DNA of 64,000 bases from Lobosporangium transversale (taxonomy: Eukaryota): NCBI RefSeq assembly GCF_002105155.1, contig NW_019029001.1:310001-374000 (forward strand). The letters run 5' to 3'. The stretch's first letter is position 1. Every line of letters begins with the position of its first letter. This document shows, in pieces, positions 1 through 12,822 of this stretch. A program made the translations under genes and the position numbers. The notes below the pieces were generated by a model. It saw only the letters and a program-made list of their open reading frames with translations. It was not told where the DNA came from and ran no database searches.

Positions 1-3000
1 GTCCCGCGACAGAGATGTTTTCCGAGCTTAAGAGCACCATGTCACCCACAGCAAACGTAGCAGGCCTGCGAGTTTTGTCCGCTTGGGCCTTTTGCCTATT
101 CTGCGCTTCGATAATGGCATCCTGAGCTAGCGCCAAATTCATCGACTGGGTTCGAACAAAATCACTGACAGCCGGAACATTGGTATCAGGTGGCTTTAAA
201 AGAGATCCAGGGACTAGTGGATGGTGACCATAGTTCAGAAAGAATGGGGAGAAGCCTGTCGTAGGATTGACAGAGTTGTTGTATGCGAACTCCATCATAG
301 GCAGTAAAAGATCCCAGTCGTTTTGCTTGTACGATATGTAAGAGCGGAGCATTTCTTCTAATGTTCTGTTGGCGCGCTCTGTTTGTCCGTCTGATTGTGG
401 ATGGAAGGCAGTAGACATGTTAAGTTTGGTGCCCATGAGCTTCATCAACGTTGTCCAGAACTTGCCGGTGAAACGTGAATCTCTGTCTGACACAATTGTC
501 CGAGGCATGCCGTGCAGTCTAAAAACATTGTCGAAAAAGAGTCGTGCAACATCAGAGGCAGTGTCGGTAGTTCGGCTAGCGCAGAAATGAACTTGCTTGG
601 ACAGTTTGTCCACAAAGACCGTAATCGCGTCAAAACCTCTGGCTGTCTTCGGAAGCTTGACAATGAAGTCCATTGTTACAGTATCCCATCGTTGGCTTGG
701 AATTGCCAAAGGTTGGAAAAGCCCTGCAGGAGGCTTTAGTGAAGGCTTGTTACGCTGGCATTGCTCACAGGAAGCAATGTATTTTTTTATATCCCTCGCC
801 ATGCGTGGCCAAAAATATGTTCGTCGCATGCTACTGTACGTTTTATCGAATCCCAAGTGGCCTGATATAGGAGCGTCGTGAGCGTCATGCAAGAGTTGTG
901 AACGGAGTCCGTCGTCCTTGGGTATGCAGAGGCGAGGGCCTTGTCCAGCGTTGATCCAGAGTAGACCATCCACCACGAAGTAACGATCCGAGGTAGAGGC
1001 ATCCTTATACTGATGCACGAGGGGACCTAGAATTGGATCGTGTAGGTAGCAACTGGCTAGTTGTTTTCGAATGCCAGGGTCTAGATTGATATCCAAGGAG
1101 TTCAAAGTAGTAGGTGTAGCCTCCAAGTCCTTGAGGTCCGGTCTTCGTGAAAGAGCATCAGGGACGACGTTATCTTTACCAGGTTTATACTTGAATACGA
1201 AATCATACTCTTGAAGCAACTCCATCCATCTTGCTTGTCTGCGAGTCAAGTTCGGCTGGCTAGGAAAATGTTGTAGAGTGGCATGGTCGGTATAAACGAC
1301 AAAGTGAGAACCATCAAGGTAGTATCGCCATGTCTTCAGAGCATGCACCACAGCCAGCAGTTCTTGTTCGTGTGTAGGATAGTTGCGTTCCGCTGGGTTG
1401 AGCTTGCGTGAAGTAAAAGCTACTGGTCGTGATTCACCATTTTGGTCCGTCTGGAACAGGACAGCACCAGTTGCAAAGCCTGAAGCGTCTGTTTCGACTG
1501 CTGTAGAGAGGGCAGGATCGAATATCCTAAGAACTGGTGCTGAGCTCACTGCTCTTTTCAAAGTCTCAAAGGCGTCTTGTTGAGATTTTCCCCAGTGGAA
1601 TTCCTTATTGCAGCCTAACAATTGTGTGAGGGGAAGAGCAATATCAGCGTAATGAGAAATGTACTGATGGTAAAAATTAGTCAAACCAAGGAATTGCATC
1701 ACATGTCGTTGGGTTGTTGGTACTGGCCATTCCCTTATTGCCTTGACAAGTCCGCCATTCGTCTTGAGTCCATCCTTGGATATGACATGGCCTAGGAACT
1801 CAGTCTCTTCCTGCATGAAGGAACACTTGGATAATTTACAATAAAGCCCAGCTTGACGCAAGAGGGAGAGTACTTGTCGGATGTGCTCTAAGTGATCTTT
1901 CTCGTTATCGGAGTAAATTAAAATATCATCGAGATACACAACAACACATTTATCAAGAAGTGGATCAAGTACGTTACGCATCATAGTCGAGAACGCTGCT
2001 GGTGCATTTGTAAGACCGAAAGGTACGACGTTAAACTCGTAGTGGCCATAGCGAGTTCGGAACGCGGTCTTGTGTTTATCATCAGGATGGAGACGCATTT
2101 GATGATAGCCCGAGAGTAGATCCAGCTTGGTAAAACATTTAGCTGTTCTGAATCTGTCGATCAATTCATCGATCCGTGGTAAGGGGTACCTGTTTTTCTT
2201 TGTGATCTTGTTCAGGCCCCGATAATCAACACACATTCGAAGCGAGCCATCCTTTTTCTTCACAAAGAGGACTGGAGCACCGTATGGTGAGGTGCTCGGT
2301 GAGATTAATCCTTTTTGTAAAAGATCAGTTAGCTGCTTCTTCAGTTCATCAAGCTCAGCGATCGACAATCTGATGACAGGTCGGACAGGTGGGTCAGCAT
2401 AAGGGTCAGTCTCTATACGCATGCTATCACCTCTGTCAGGGGGAAGGCCATCGGGAAGTGTTGTAGGAAAGACATCAGGGAATTCGACTTGAACGATTTG
2501 CTTGATAGAGTCCGGTAGTTCAGAACTACTGCTAGAGACAGGTACTGGAACTCGAACTTGGGCGAGGAATACAGAGGCATCAGGTTCCGAGGCAACGGTA
2601 AGGAAGTTAAGAGCAGATATGACGGAAGATCGCTGTCTAGGCTTCCTGTCGATGCCAGTGCAAGGCCACAAGACCGGGGTACCTTGGTATTCAAAATGCA
2701 GATCATTTGTTCGCCAATTGATGCGAGGGTTGATATCCGTCAGCCATGGTTTACCCAAAATTAGGTCGTATTTGGATAGAGGATAAACAATGGCGTTGAT
2801 TTTATCCTGATACGCGTTGCGGGCGAGGGTGAACGTGGCTGTGTGCTGAGCAATTGTCTCGGTACCGTTGGGAAGAATGACAGGAATGGGTCTACCCTCA
2901 ATTAGCGGAACATGTGTGTTCTCGCAGAAAGAGGAACTTATGACATTGCCTTCGGCCCCTCCATCTACAAGAATGCGCGCAGGTCGACCATTCACTGCTC

Positions 3001-3448
3001 CAATGAAAGTAAGGAGTCGGCGAGAGTTTTTATGTTTGTCATAGGTAAGGCTGAAGGATTGAAGGCGAATTTCGTTACGACAATGGGAGTGGCGATTGGA
3101 TGAACTAGGGGTAGATGAATGAGTGGAAGTGAGTGAAGTGGAAACAGTGAAAGGATCAGTGGAGGGGAAAATAGGGTCGGAGAGGGGATTGTTTTTTAGC
3201 AATGAGGAATGAGTAGGGGAATGGGGATCAGGATGAGGTGAATACTTAGAGAGTATATGTAAGGAAGTAGATGCAGTGGGAGCAATAGAGTGATCAGAAA
3301 GGGGCATGGATGTTATATTTGTGCACAAAGGATTTTTATTTGTAGTCATCAACTGTAACTGACCATGCCCTCTATTATCCAGGGCTTGAAGGCTGGGGCT
3401 AGAGGGGGCGAGGCAGGCCTGGTTTACTGCTCGCCCTCCTCTTTTCCC
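1..3448 (-). CDS. pol: Pol polyprotein (aspartic protease, reverse transcriptase, RNase H, integrase), read via -1 frameshift from gag; partial
   Basis: ILVDGGAEGNV (~2945-2975), RT VYLDDI (1922-1939), RNase H ETDASGFATGAVL (~1455-1500), integrase HDAPISGHLG...CEQC and MDFIVKLP (~650-885). No stop-terminated ORF in this frame appears in the track, consistent with an open frame to the window edge. Confidence 0.93.
3402..3448 (-). promoter_or_regulatory. -1 programmed ribosomal frameshift signal
   Basis: Slippery heptamer G GGA AAA (3448-3442) in the gag frame, followed by a stem GGGCGAG-CAG / CTG-C-CTCGCCC. Pol lies in the -1 frame relative to gag. Confidence 0.85.
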
Positions 3449-4395
3449 GACTCAGAAAGCGTATGGTCATTGTTTTCTATATTAAAGACAGAGGTGCGTT
3501 GGCATTGTTCGGCTCTATGACCTCGGTTCCGGCATCTGAAACAACGCCCCTCACGAACGCAACGTTCTCGTTCAGCTGCTGTGAGCTTGGGTAGCGAGCT
3601 TGGCTTGGAGTGGTTTCTGTTTGGTCGTTGCTGATGGAGAGAGGTGTACAGGTTGGCAACCAACATTCTCATGTTATCGAGATCCATTGGTGTAGGGCCA
3701 GAATTATTCTCATGATGGGGTGATAAGGCGTTCGGGGTAGCGGATACAGGGGTGGCATCGATGGGATGTAGAATACTGTGGACAATGGTCGCCTGCTCAA
3801 TGGCATCGTCCAACGTCTCTGGCTGTCTAAGTCTTACCTGCTTGCTTGTTTCGGGCTCAAGGCCTAGCATGTATTTTTGCAAAGCAGAGTCTTTGTCGAG
3901 ATTTGTAGCCAGACGTAGGTGGCTTCTAAACTTGCTCGTATATTCTGCCACACTCATCCTTCCCTGACGAAGTTTATCCAACGCTCGGCGAGCTGCATTC
4001 GCAGAATCTGGAGGGGTGAACTGACGGAGGAATGCTTTACGGAAGTCAGCCCAAGGTGTATCGAGATTCAACCCGGAATCTCTCCACCATGCCTTGGCTT
4101 CGCCATTGAGACTGAGGACAGCGTATCGAACCCATTTGGATGGCGTGAGTGTGACAATAGTGTAATACTCCTCCAGGCTGTCGACAAAGTTTAAGGCTGC
4201 AACAGCGTTAATAGCTCCTTCGTAAGGCGTAGGCTTCTGTGGCTTTAGGACCGTGGCGAGGGTTCTGGCTAGGTCATTCTCAGCGGCTTCGTTGGCTTTA
4301 GCAGTAGAGAGGGCCTGATTAAAAGCAGTAGCTATGGCTTCGCGAATGTTCAGAGGAAGATCGATGGACGAAAGGGCGTTATTCAAGTGTTCCAT
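3424..4395 (-). CDS. gag: Gag (capsid + CCHC nucleocapsid), 323 aa
   Basis: Retrotrans_gag-like AKAWW...LRQGRMSVAEYTSKF, PTPMDLD motif, zinc knuckle CFRCRNRGHRAEQC. Confidence 0.95.
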   Translation of the reverse strand: MEHLNNALSSIDLPLNIREAIATAFNQALSTAKANEAAENDLARTLATVLKPQKPTPYEGAINAVAALNFVDSLEEYYTIVTLTPSKWVRYAVLSLNGEAKAWWRDSGLNLDTPWADFRKAFLRQFTPPDSANAARRALDKLRQGRMSVAEYTSKFRSHLRLATNLDKDSALQKYMLGLEPETSKQVRLRQPETLDDAIEQATIVHSILHPIDATPVSATPNALSPHHENNSGPTPMDLDNMRMLVANLYTSLHQQRPNRNHSKPSSLPKLTAAERERCVREGRCFRCRNRGHRAEQCQRTSVFNIENNDHTLSESGKEEGEQ

Positions 4396-4450
4396 GGCGA
4401 GGGGTGAAATTCAATGGTAATTGTAGTTCTCTGGGTGTGGTCGTGGTTTC

Positions 4451-4462
4451 CTTTGCTACCAA
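4451..4462 (-). promoter_or_regulatory. Primer-binding site (tRNA-iMet type)
   Basis: TTGGTAGCAAAG directly after the LTR end ...TGCA. TGGTAGC is complementary to the 3' end of initiator tRNA-Met, as in Ty1/Ty3. Confidence 0.75.
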
Positions 4463-4653
4463 TGCAAAAGTCAAGGTAGTGTTCTAGGGGGATCTAAGGG
4501 TGCAATAAAGGTATCTTTATTCAGGGGGAACTATGCTACAGAACTAGATAGAAAAGTAGACCTATTTATACTAATATCCTGTTGCAAGGAATGCTCTAGA
4601 AATATGGGCGAAATACTATGTTGCACAAAATTATTATAGTGATTTCGCTTGCA
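4463..4653 (-). repeat. 5' LTR candidate
   Basis: TGCAA...TTGCA termini, minus-strand TATAAATAG (~4562-4570) and AATAAA (~4516-4521). No second copy in the window to confirm it. Confidence 0.55.
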
Positions 4654-5001
4654 TTGGTACTTTATTAATATTAGACATGATTGAAATAAAGGATGGATTG
4701 AAATTATGGAAAAAAAAAATGGTTGGATGGATTGATAAAATGGATGGATGTAACTCTATGTAGATCCTTGAAAAAATGAAATGTTTTATGGTAAATCGGA
4801 AGTCAAGGAGATCAAAAGTTGTTTATTATTTTAGCTAGGTCGGAGTCTTATATAGGCTCCAACATAGCCGTCACTAATTGCTCTGATCTATGAATAAAAA
4901 GGGGAGTGCTCCATTTGGGTACACTCCCTAGCCTCAGGACGTAACAGAAAGAATGATTTAGAACGAGATTATGAAAATAAATTCCTCATCTCTGTGGGTT
5001 C

Positions 5002-5037
<36 letters not shown>

Positions 5038-5044
5038 GGAGCAA

Positions 5045-5517
5045 TGTGTAACGCCTAAAATGACAGGGGACGCAACTGTGTTGGGAGGCATAGACGTAGC
5101 AGAGGTGAATTCCTTGGCTCTCACCAGGGACAACGACGAACAGTAGACGTGAAGGCGATCAGGACTGAGGCAGACCAGCGGGTGACGGCAAGCTACCGAC
5201 ACCAGGTGAAATTGGCGGTTATGGAGCGCCTGGGGAGTTGCAAATTTTTGATGATTGAGGACTGCGACTAAAGGATGACCTTCGCGCACAACAGGCCAAG
5301 TAGGGAGTAGAGCCGTGCCACAGGTCCCCAGGGACCAAGGAAGTCTAATCAATGCCGACGTGGTTTATGAACAGGATGCTGTACTGTGGCAGTATGACGA
5401 TGCGGCTTCTGCTGATTATTGGATACCGCTTTATTTGCGGCCCCAGTAATGGGGCAACTCATTTATAGAGCTAACATCTAAATAAATCCTACATGACCTC
5501 ATGGGTCCTTGTTGTCA
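5045..5517 (+). mobile_element. Possible 3' or solo LTR remnant of another element
   Basis: Polypurine tract AAAAGGGGGAG just before TGTGTAAC; TATA-like motif and AATAAA near 5463-5487; ends ...TTGTCA. Confidence 0.3.
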
Positions 5518-6516
5518 AAAAAAAAAAAAAAAAAAAAAAAAATGGATGCGCATCGCAACAGGCGCTGTCCAGGACCTACGTTAGGCCTACCCGCCGCAGA
5601 CAAGGTTCTGTTGCAGAGCTTGTTAAGACAGCGACGGTTGACAAAAACCATGGAAAGGATGGAGGATATCATCAATGTTCGCCTTAGTAATAGGGCGGAG
5701 CAGTGTTCAGCCAAGGGACTATTGGCAGAACCCAAAGAAGAGCGATCCAATTAGCCACAAAGGCTAGAGCAGTCAGTTTCATCTTTCATTAATAAGAGAT
5801 CACGGTTGTTAAGAAGCTCAACACACCGATCTGGCAAAGCTGGGGATTCAATGCTTGATACAAGAGGCTCCACAAATTTGTTTAGTCTCTTCCCAATAGA
5901 CTAGGATTAATAATGATACATCTACCGTCTGGACGCGCGTCGATGCTCATCGAAGTATTGTTGATCTTTATCTTTAATGACATTAAGGCCTCTCTCAATA
6001 GATTTCGACAATAATAAGTAACGGAGCCTCTCTCCAGCACTATTTGCTCATATCACTGCATTTGATAAATCACAATCGAGTCACTGGACTCGGGCTTTCC
6101 TGCATTAATCCTGTGGTCGTTTTTCTAGTTTAAATCCCAATCTTCTTTTTGTTGGCTTGTTTAACTCATCACAGGCACAAAGTCGATATCAACGCATGCC
6201 TTTGTAAATCCTTACACTTAAAGTTAATATACCATATCCAATAGAGATATAATGTACACAAGGTGTCTAGGCGCAAAGTATCTGTCAATAGACATTTGTT
6301 TTGGAGATCTGTGAAGAAGCAGAACGAACCGTGGTTTCTGCCTCTTATAGTGAATTGACCATGATATGGGATGAAGATAAATACTTGAAATAGTTACCCT
6401 ACAGACCGTCAATTGTCAACAAGTACACTTTTTTTTTTTTTTTTTTTTTACAGTTATTATTTAGTGAGAGTTAAGCTTCGATAGATTTGTAATATTAAGG
6501 CATCAGTCTCCAAGGT

Positions 6517-8756
6517 TCATGGTTCTGGAATGGAGACGCTTTCTGAGATGGGCGGCGGTACACTCGACCGATGGGGTCGGTTCTGTATCGTAACCCGCCG
6601 TTGGACCCCACGCTGTACGTCTAACCCTTGCTCGCTCAGCTCTTTCCTTAGTAGCTCATTAGCCGCACGACGTGCTTCATCCTGTTCCACCTCTTCTAAT
6701 TCTTCTTCTGGGTCTTCCCATCGTGGTCTCCGCATCGATTTTCTAAACGTCTCTGCAATTAATTGAGCATCACCTGCACTTAAGGTGGAGCCTTTGGCAG
6801 CGCGAGAAGGTGCTTTTTCTGCTGAATCACTCACCGCATCCGCCCTTTGCTCTCCTGTCGTTATTGTTACTGTTGCTGGTATCTCTTGGAATGGTTCTAG
6901 ATGGAGTATTGGTGACTTGCGTTCTACTAGAGGTAAATAGGTGGTGGGAGATGATTCTTGATTATTATGGCCTAGGATGCCCGGCGCGACCTTGATTACT
7001 GGGTCAGCTGAGCGAACAGTGTTGGCCGAGTTGCGTCCTGTTGCCAAGGCAATACCAATCGTTGGGTTAACGAACGATCCACTACTTGTCATGCTCTTAT
7101 CTCCTTCGTCCTTGAAAATGTATTTCTTGCTAGCGTCATCCGTAGGTGAGCTGGGCTGATCATATAGATTTTTAAAATAGCTGGGATCACCTTTGAATCT
7201 TTTCCGTGTCCTGAGCAAGAGGCCTATGGCTACAATGGCGATTAAAAGCACAAGGACTCCCGCTGAGATAAGCCCGATGACAAGAGGTGATAGGCCATTC
7301 GACTCCTTGGTAGAGTCCGCTGGTAGGATCGGCAGGGTTGGTAGTACTGCTCCAGAACCGGGTATATTCTCCGTTGCTACGATATTGGTTGGCTGTGTAG
7401 TAACATATGTTAGTGTGCCTGTGAGTTGTGTTGTCGGTAATGATCCTGTTGATGTTGCAGTTGCTTGAATAGGGACCGTTGTGCCATTCACAGTTTGTTT
7501 GGTACCTGAAGAATCCAGGAATAATTAAAATCAGAATAATAAAGTAAGTCTCACTTTCAAACCTTTTTTTTTTTTTTTTCAGAAAAAAAAAAAAAAAAAA
7601 AAAACTTACGAATCATGAAAAAGGTGCTAGAGTTAAGCGTTTCGTAATTGCCATCAGGAGGATATCTCGCTCTGATCATCAAGATATGGCATGACCGGTT
7701 CACTGGTGCATCCTCGGGGAAGAATGGCGCCTCGAGCCTTACAGCCGTCATACCCAAGTTCAAGTCAACCGCCTTATGCACCAACAGCGTGCGAGTGGCG
7801 TTTGCATCATCAACGATATATATATCAACCCTTTCATATTGGTTGAAAGGTGCAGTCATAAGAGGGTTCCAGATAATAGACTCAAGTGAGTCCTGGGTCC
7901 AACTTTCTCCAGGGGCAGGGGCGCATATTGGGACGGATGTACAGGCTATTCGAATGTATTCCAACATGGAGAGTCAATATTACTGGGTTAGTGGATTGAA
8001 TTGCTTGGTGCAAAAGATGAAAAGGGTCTTCTTCCTCTCCGGTGCTCTCTGTGCACAACCCTATTGTCCGTTGGGCTGCACATGTCAATGCTTTCATAAT
8101 ATGCTCAAAAATACAGGTTAGTATATGTATTTCTTGCTTGTGCTCCACATGCCCTGCCTGTGGTTCGTTGACTAAGGAGTGCATGTGCCTGCAGACTTCT
8201 TACAATATATTAGAGTCATCTCATGAAGTCTCGTAGGATGAGGTATTGTTTTGTCATGTTTATTTGGTTGGAGTGGGCTGGTGAGGATGGTTAAATGGCT
8301 CCATCCAGACGGAGCGATAAAAATAGCAGCAGACGACAAGAACACAGGCATGAAATACGCACAGAATTACACACACAGGTCTCGTCATTGTTGATGTCGC
8401 AAATGTACTCTATTAGTTTGTTTGTGTGTTTCCGCACCTTTCCTCGCCCTCTTCTTGCTCACTTGTCATTTGTTCACTCTTTTTCATACTAGAAAGAGTA
8501 AAGGGAACTTCCTTGGGACGTCATGTCTGACCATGTAAAACAAAAAAGTAATTCGTTGCAGACCGATATGTGTATGTGTAAATGAAGGATGAAGGAAGAA
8601 CAATGGAATAAAAATATAAAAATAAAAAGACACATACACAAATCAATGATGGTGCGTATTCCTACCTGATTCCTGAGCCAACGCTTGCTGAGAAGCGAGC
8701 TGTAGAAGTAAAAGGAGGCTAGAGAGTACGGCCAAGTAGCCGCGAATAATGTGCAT
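6517..8756 (-). CDS. Type-I single-pass membrane protein (signal peptide, small ectodomain, Thr-rich stalk, TM, cytoplasmic tail); exons 8756-8666, 7945-7610, 7505-6517
   Basis: Signal peptide MHIIRGYLAVLSSLLLLLQLASQQALA; two phase-consistent GT-AG introns; TM LVIGLISAGVLVLLIAIVAIGLLL followed by RTRKR. Confidence 0.8.
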
Positions 8757-10199
8757 TTGTTGAAGAGAGAGAGAGAAAGAGATACGATAACGTTGTGATT
8801 TTGTGGGGATTTTTCCTGGGCTGTTTAACACGAAGTGAATGTGATAATGAAATGCACAATGGCTCTACTATTTCGGTGTGATTATGTATTTGCAAATGCT
8901 GTCAATTTGCATGACCAATTGATGATAAATTACTAAGACTGACGGCTGTGTATTTTTTTTTTAGTTGATTTGCTGCTATTGTGTTTGGATGCTTTTAGAA
9001 AGGAAGAAGGCTTGCAAAAGAGTTGAGTAAAAGGAGCCAAACAAAAATGGATTCTATGAATGAAAGAGTTTGAATGCGAATGCAAAAGGAGTGGTAGCAA
9101 CAGGCGATGGCATCTGTCAAGATCAAAGCTGGCAACGGCACACAAATATACTCCAAACAAAATAAAGTGAGGTAAAGGTTAGAATGAAGGTCGAGTGTGG
9201 ATGCGATGCAAGGCAGAGAGAGGGGAGAGCGTGGGTGAATTAAGTATGCAAAGTGCAAGAATGAGAGGAGGGGAAAGAAAATAGAAAGGTGTGAATGAAT
9301 GTGTGCATGGGAACAAAAGCTCAAAAATCATCTTATTCCTTAACGCTTCTGACGCCCGCCGTAAGCAACTTTTTTTTATGGTATAAAAATATAAAATAAT
9401 AATGATGCGCATTGGCATCGATCTCAGTTTATTACTTCTGACTTAATCTTTTTTTTTTTTGGACATCATTACTTCACTCTGGGTTTTGATATACACCTAT
9501 TCACTAATCTGAACTTTTATAGATCCATGTTTTTTGCTTCGATAAATATTATAAAAGGGAGAAAAAGGACCACCAGGACAAGATACTGCGGCAATTGTGT
9601 GGACAGGAGTTTTGTCAATAAATTTTTTGTCTGGGGAGACCAACCTACCTTTATGATATTTGTTCATTGTTGCAAGTAATAATAAAAAAAAGTGCATTCA
9701 AACCCACAACATGAGCTGGGTCCTTTCTGTTCTGAATCTTGAGAATTATATAATTTAAAAATATTCATCTTGCTTCGTTACACAAAGTCTGGTGGAAATG
9801 AAGAAAACGGTAGAATCATATTATTTCAAACCTTGATAATTCCATGGAGAGTAGAGAAAGGCTTTTTTCTTTTAGGAAATGGGAGGGTGGAGTTAAGCAA
9901 AGAAAATGAAGAGAAAGTGGGTTTGTAATCGTATACAGTTTTTGTAGTAGTAAAAAAAAAAAACCTATTTTCATTGGTAGTTTTAGTAGTAGCATTAAAT
10001 GGTGGGTACAGCTAAGCAGAGGGTCAAGCTTCTTTTTTGGTTAGGCCTTTTCATATAATTGAAAAGGACTCAACTTTATTTTAGTCACGTGGGAGGGATC
10101 GCTACCAACTATTTAACGAGCAACAGCTCAGGAAACTGAGTCTTTGCTTCTTCTTTTGCATAAGAACCATTGGAGTGCTGACTGCCCTCGTTCAGTCTT

Positions 10200-12200
10200 T
10201 TGTATTGTGTTGTTCAATATTTGTATTCAAGAAGTATTTTTCTATCTGTAACTGGAAGTGGCCGGCTTCACAACTCACTAAAAAGAGCAAAATCCCCTAA
10301 CACTATCTAGACACACCATGTGGTGTAAGCGCCACATTGAAGATTCTACCCGAGGATATATCTAAAGAGCTTGGAGATGCGGCTGCTCCAAAAAATTGAA
10401 CTAGTTATCCTGCTGAACCGCGTTATCAACACAGTCTTCGACTACCGATTGAAGTGCCTCTGTAACAGGCATAATGTTGACACTGGCCTGAGTCCCTGGA
10501 GGAAGGTAGTTGGCAGGAGTTCACTGATGTGGAAAGGGCCCGGAACGACCCCTGCTAACGGCCTGTATTTGATCTGGTTGCCACAAATGGCACCACTAGC
10601 AATCTACAGTGAATAAAGCAAGTGGAGATGAGTGCCTCTTTTCTCTTTAAAGGCCTTCAAGTCATGCATCACAATGTCATTAATCAACTGTTACTGACGA
10701 TGAATATGGCCTTTTGAGCCAGCATAGAGATTCCCTCCTCTATATCGGTAATTACTCCCTGCGCTAGCTCCAAAAGAGCCAAGGATTCCTGGTAGTCTGT
10801 CATCCCCCCACCACTTTTACGCATGATTGCCCTTAGGCATGAAGTTCTTTGCACTAATCACCGTGATCATCCCACCATCGCCATCATCCAATCATCGGCT
10901 CACACTTTGCCTTTGATGCCTCTCTTCTTCCCCTTCTCTACTTTCCTTCTCTTCCTTTCATCTATCTCTGCTTGCTGCTTCACCTTGGTTTATTCAACCT
11001 GCTTTTTCAACTCTCCGTTCCAGATCGTATCATGTTAGAATCCACTGTGCTGTTCCATCTGGCCTTACTAGTTTGTACAGTTCCTAGCTGGCGCTTAATG
11101 TTCCCATAAGGACAATAGCGGGGACAGAACTGCGGTGAATCGGAGCGGCTCAATCGAGCAGGCCCTTTGGAAGATGTTTTTGGTGAAGGAGCTCGTTCTT
11201 GGCTTTGCTGAGCTGTTGTTTAACGGAACCATCCTTGATCTTTTCCTCTTGGAACCTACGACTTCTTATGGTCGCGAAGGCTTTGTAGTAGATTGCATCA
11301 AGACTATTGATTATTCAACCATTAAACAATGGATAAATGGATAGCTTGATATCCTAAATGACTGCCTGTAATCTGTATCTCATAATTTACTCAGTAGTCA
11401 CGTTTACAGACTCTTCATATTTCTTTTTCCTTCATCATCATCCTCGTCACGTCCCCATTTTGGCTTTTTAGTTGTGCCGTTACTCTTTTACCAGTGCAGA
11501 GCTCCGCTGCTTTAAGATAACCGTTACTAGGGTGCTAAGATGCCCGTGGGGGCTGCACATCAACACTAGGGGGTGTTGGCCTCGCAGGGATGAATACTAA
11601 ATATCAGTAGGTTTGGAGGTACGAGTCGATAAGTTAGAAGGAATCAATAGTTTGGGTAGGGCGTTCCATTGTATATTTACGTGCTTTCCTTCGCGGCGAA
11701 AATAGGAATATGTCGACGTTGGGTTGTTGTGAGAGAAAGTAGGGTAGGGGTCTGCTTATTTCGGGCACCGTGATTGGGGTGGTGACCTCTGGGTAGTGTG
11801 CGTGAAGCGGAACTTAATTGAACAAGCTGAAATATTGTCGACGAAGTAGTTCAAAAGGGTCGATGGAATAAACTGCGTTAGAGAGTAGTTAGGTGCTATG
11901 GAAGCTTCGGTTTTCAAACCAATTTCAACAAGTTTGTGTAGAGGTTTTTAAGTGTTCACTTTTCCGAGAGATGGAGCCGGGTTTAAAAAAACGCTAGTAA
12001 AAGTGCTGTTTCTAGGATCAGTTACGTTTGCTGTTGCACTTAAATCCGTTAGGTATGAGCTCGGACTTGTAGGCCCTGTTGGAGCCATTGGAAATCAGGT
12101 TGAAATGGCGCATTCTGGAGGCATGCTGGGGTGAGCGGCAGTAAGGAAAATCCAATACGAGGAAGAGGAATTTATGTATCTTTTCAAATACATGGCAGCA
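10200..12200 (-). mobile_element. Highly degenerate coding-like remnant, possibly transposon-derived
   Basis: Long stop-interrupted frames and little poly-A/T compared with the flanks; no diagnostic motif. Confidence 0.25.
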
Positions 12201-12646
12201 CACAGTAATCAACAGATCGATGTCAATAACTCAGTTTATAATTTCAAATATAACATCAATATAGAATCCACGCGTTTAGAAAGCAGTTGTGACCACAGAT
12301 TGATGCTAGAAAGCCCGCATCAGTTGAACATGATAATAGCTATAGTATCAGAACTCTATTTCACTCATGGCAAGTGGATCATTTCTGGTTTCAGACTTGG
12401 AATCAATCATGCGGGACACTTTTATTTTATGGCGTGGGGTTCCTTTTGTTGAACGGCTGAGAAGGTTAATAGGCGTACTAGCGCGCTAATAATAAAAAAA
12501 TGTATGCATGTGAACAAGACGAAACCATCCATCAAACAATTGATGTGCTTCTTTGTTGTCTGTACATGCCATCTTGCATCGCGTTTTTTTTTTTTTATTG
12601 TTTTGAAAATCTATGGCGGTACATGCATGGTGGCAATCAAGGAACG

Positions 12647-12822
12647 TAGGCTCGACCCAGCCCTCTCTAGTTTGAAATGTGACAGGAAACATATCAGTTT
12701 CCTTTTTAGGTCACATATGACTAGAGAGGGCTCGTACCCATCCCTCTTCACTTTATAAAGGTGACAGGAAATTCCATTTCCTTTTTGAGTCACCTAAAGT
12801 GAAGGGGCTGGGAACGAGCCTA
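12647..12822. mobile_element. 176-bp twin-hairpin palindromic insertion (MITE-like) with a 6-bp flanking direct repeat GGAACG
   Basis: Imperfect TIR TAGGCTCGACCCAGCCC / GGGCTGGGAACGAGCCTA; GGAACG at 12641-12646 and 12823-12828; two internal hairpins. Confidence 0.75.

Larger units (their letters stand above)
1..4653 (-). mobile_element. Ty3/Gypsy LTR retrotransposon, apparently intact; 3' part (integrase C-terminus, 3' LTR) lies beyond the left edge
   Basis: Domain order gag-PR-RT-RNaseH-IN on the minus strand, with a PBS and a 5' LTR candidate upstream of gag. The outer LTR boundary (4653) is tentative. Confidence 0.95.

Noticed and set aside
369..4194. Many short ORFs overlapping the retrotransposon
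   Set aside because: Antisense or off-frame shadows of gag-pol
5543..6100. Coding-like fragments
   Set aside because: Multiple stops and no identifiable family
12647..12822. CRISPR array, hammerhead ribozyme or tRNA reading of the hairpins
   Set aside because: Only two units and no spacers; no CUGANGA hammerhead core; no cloverleaf or T-loop
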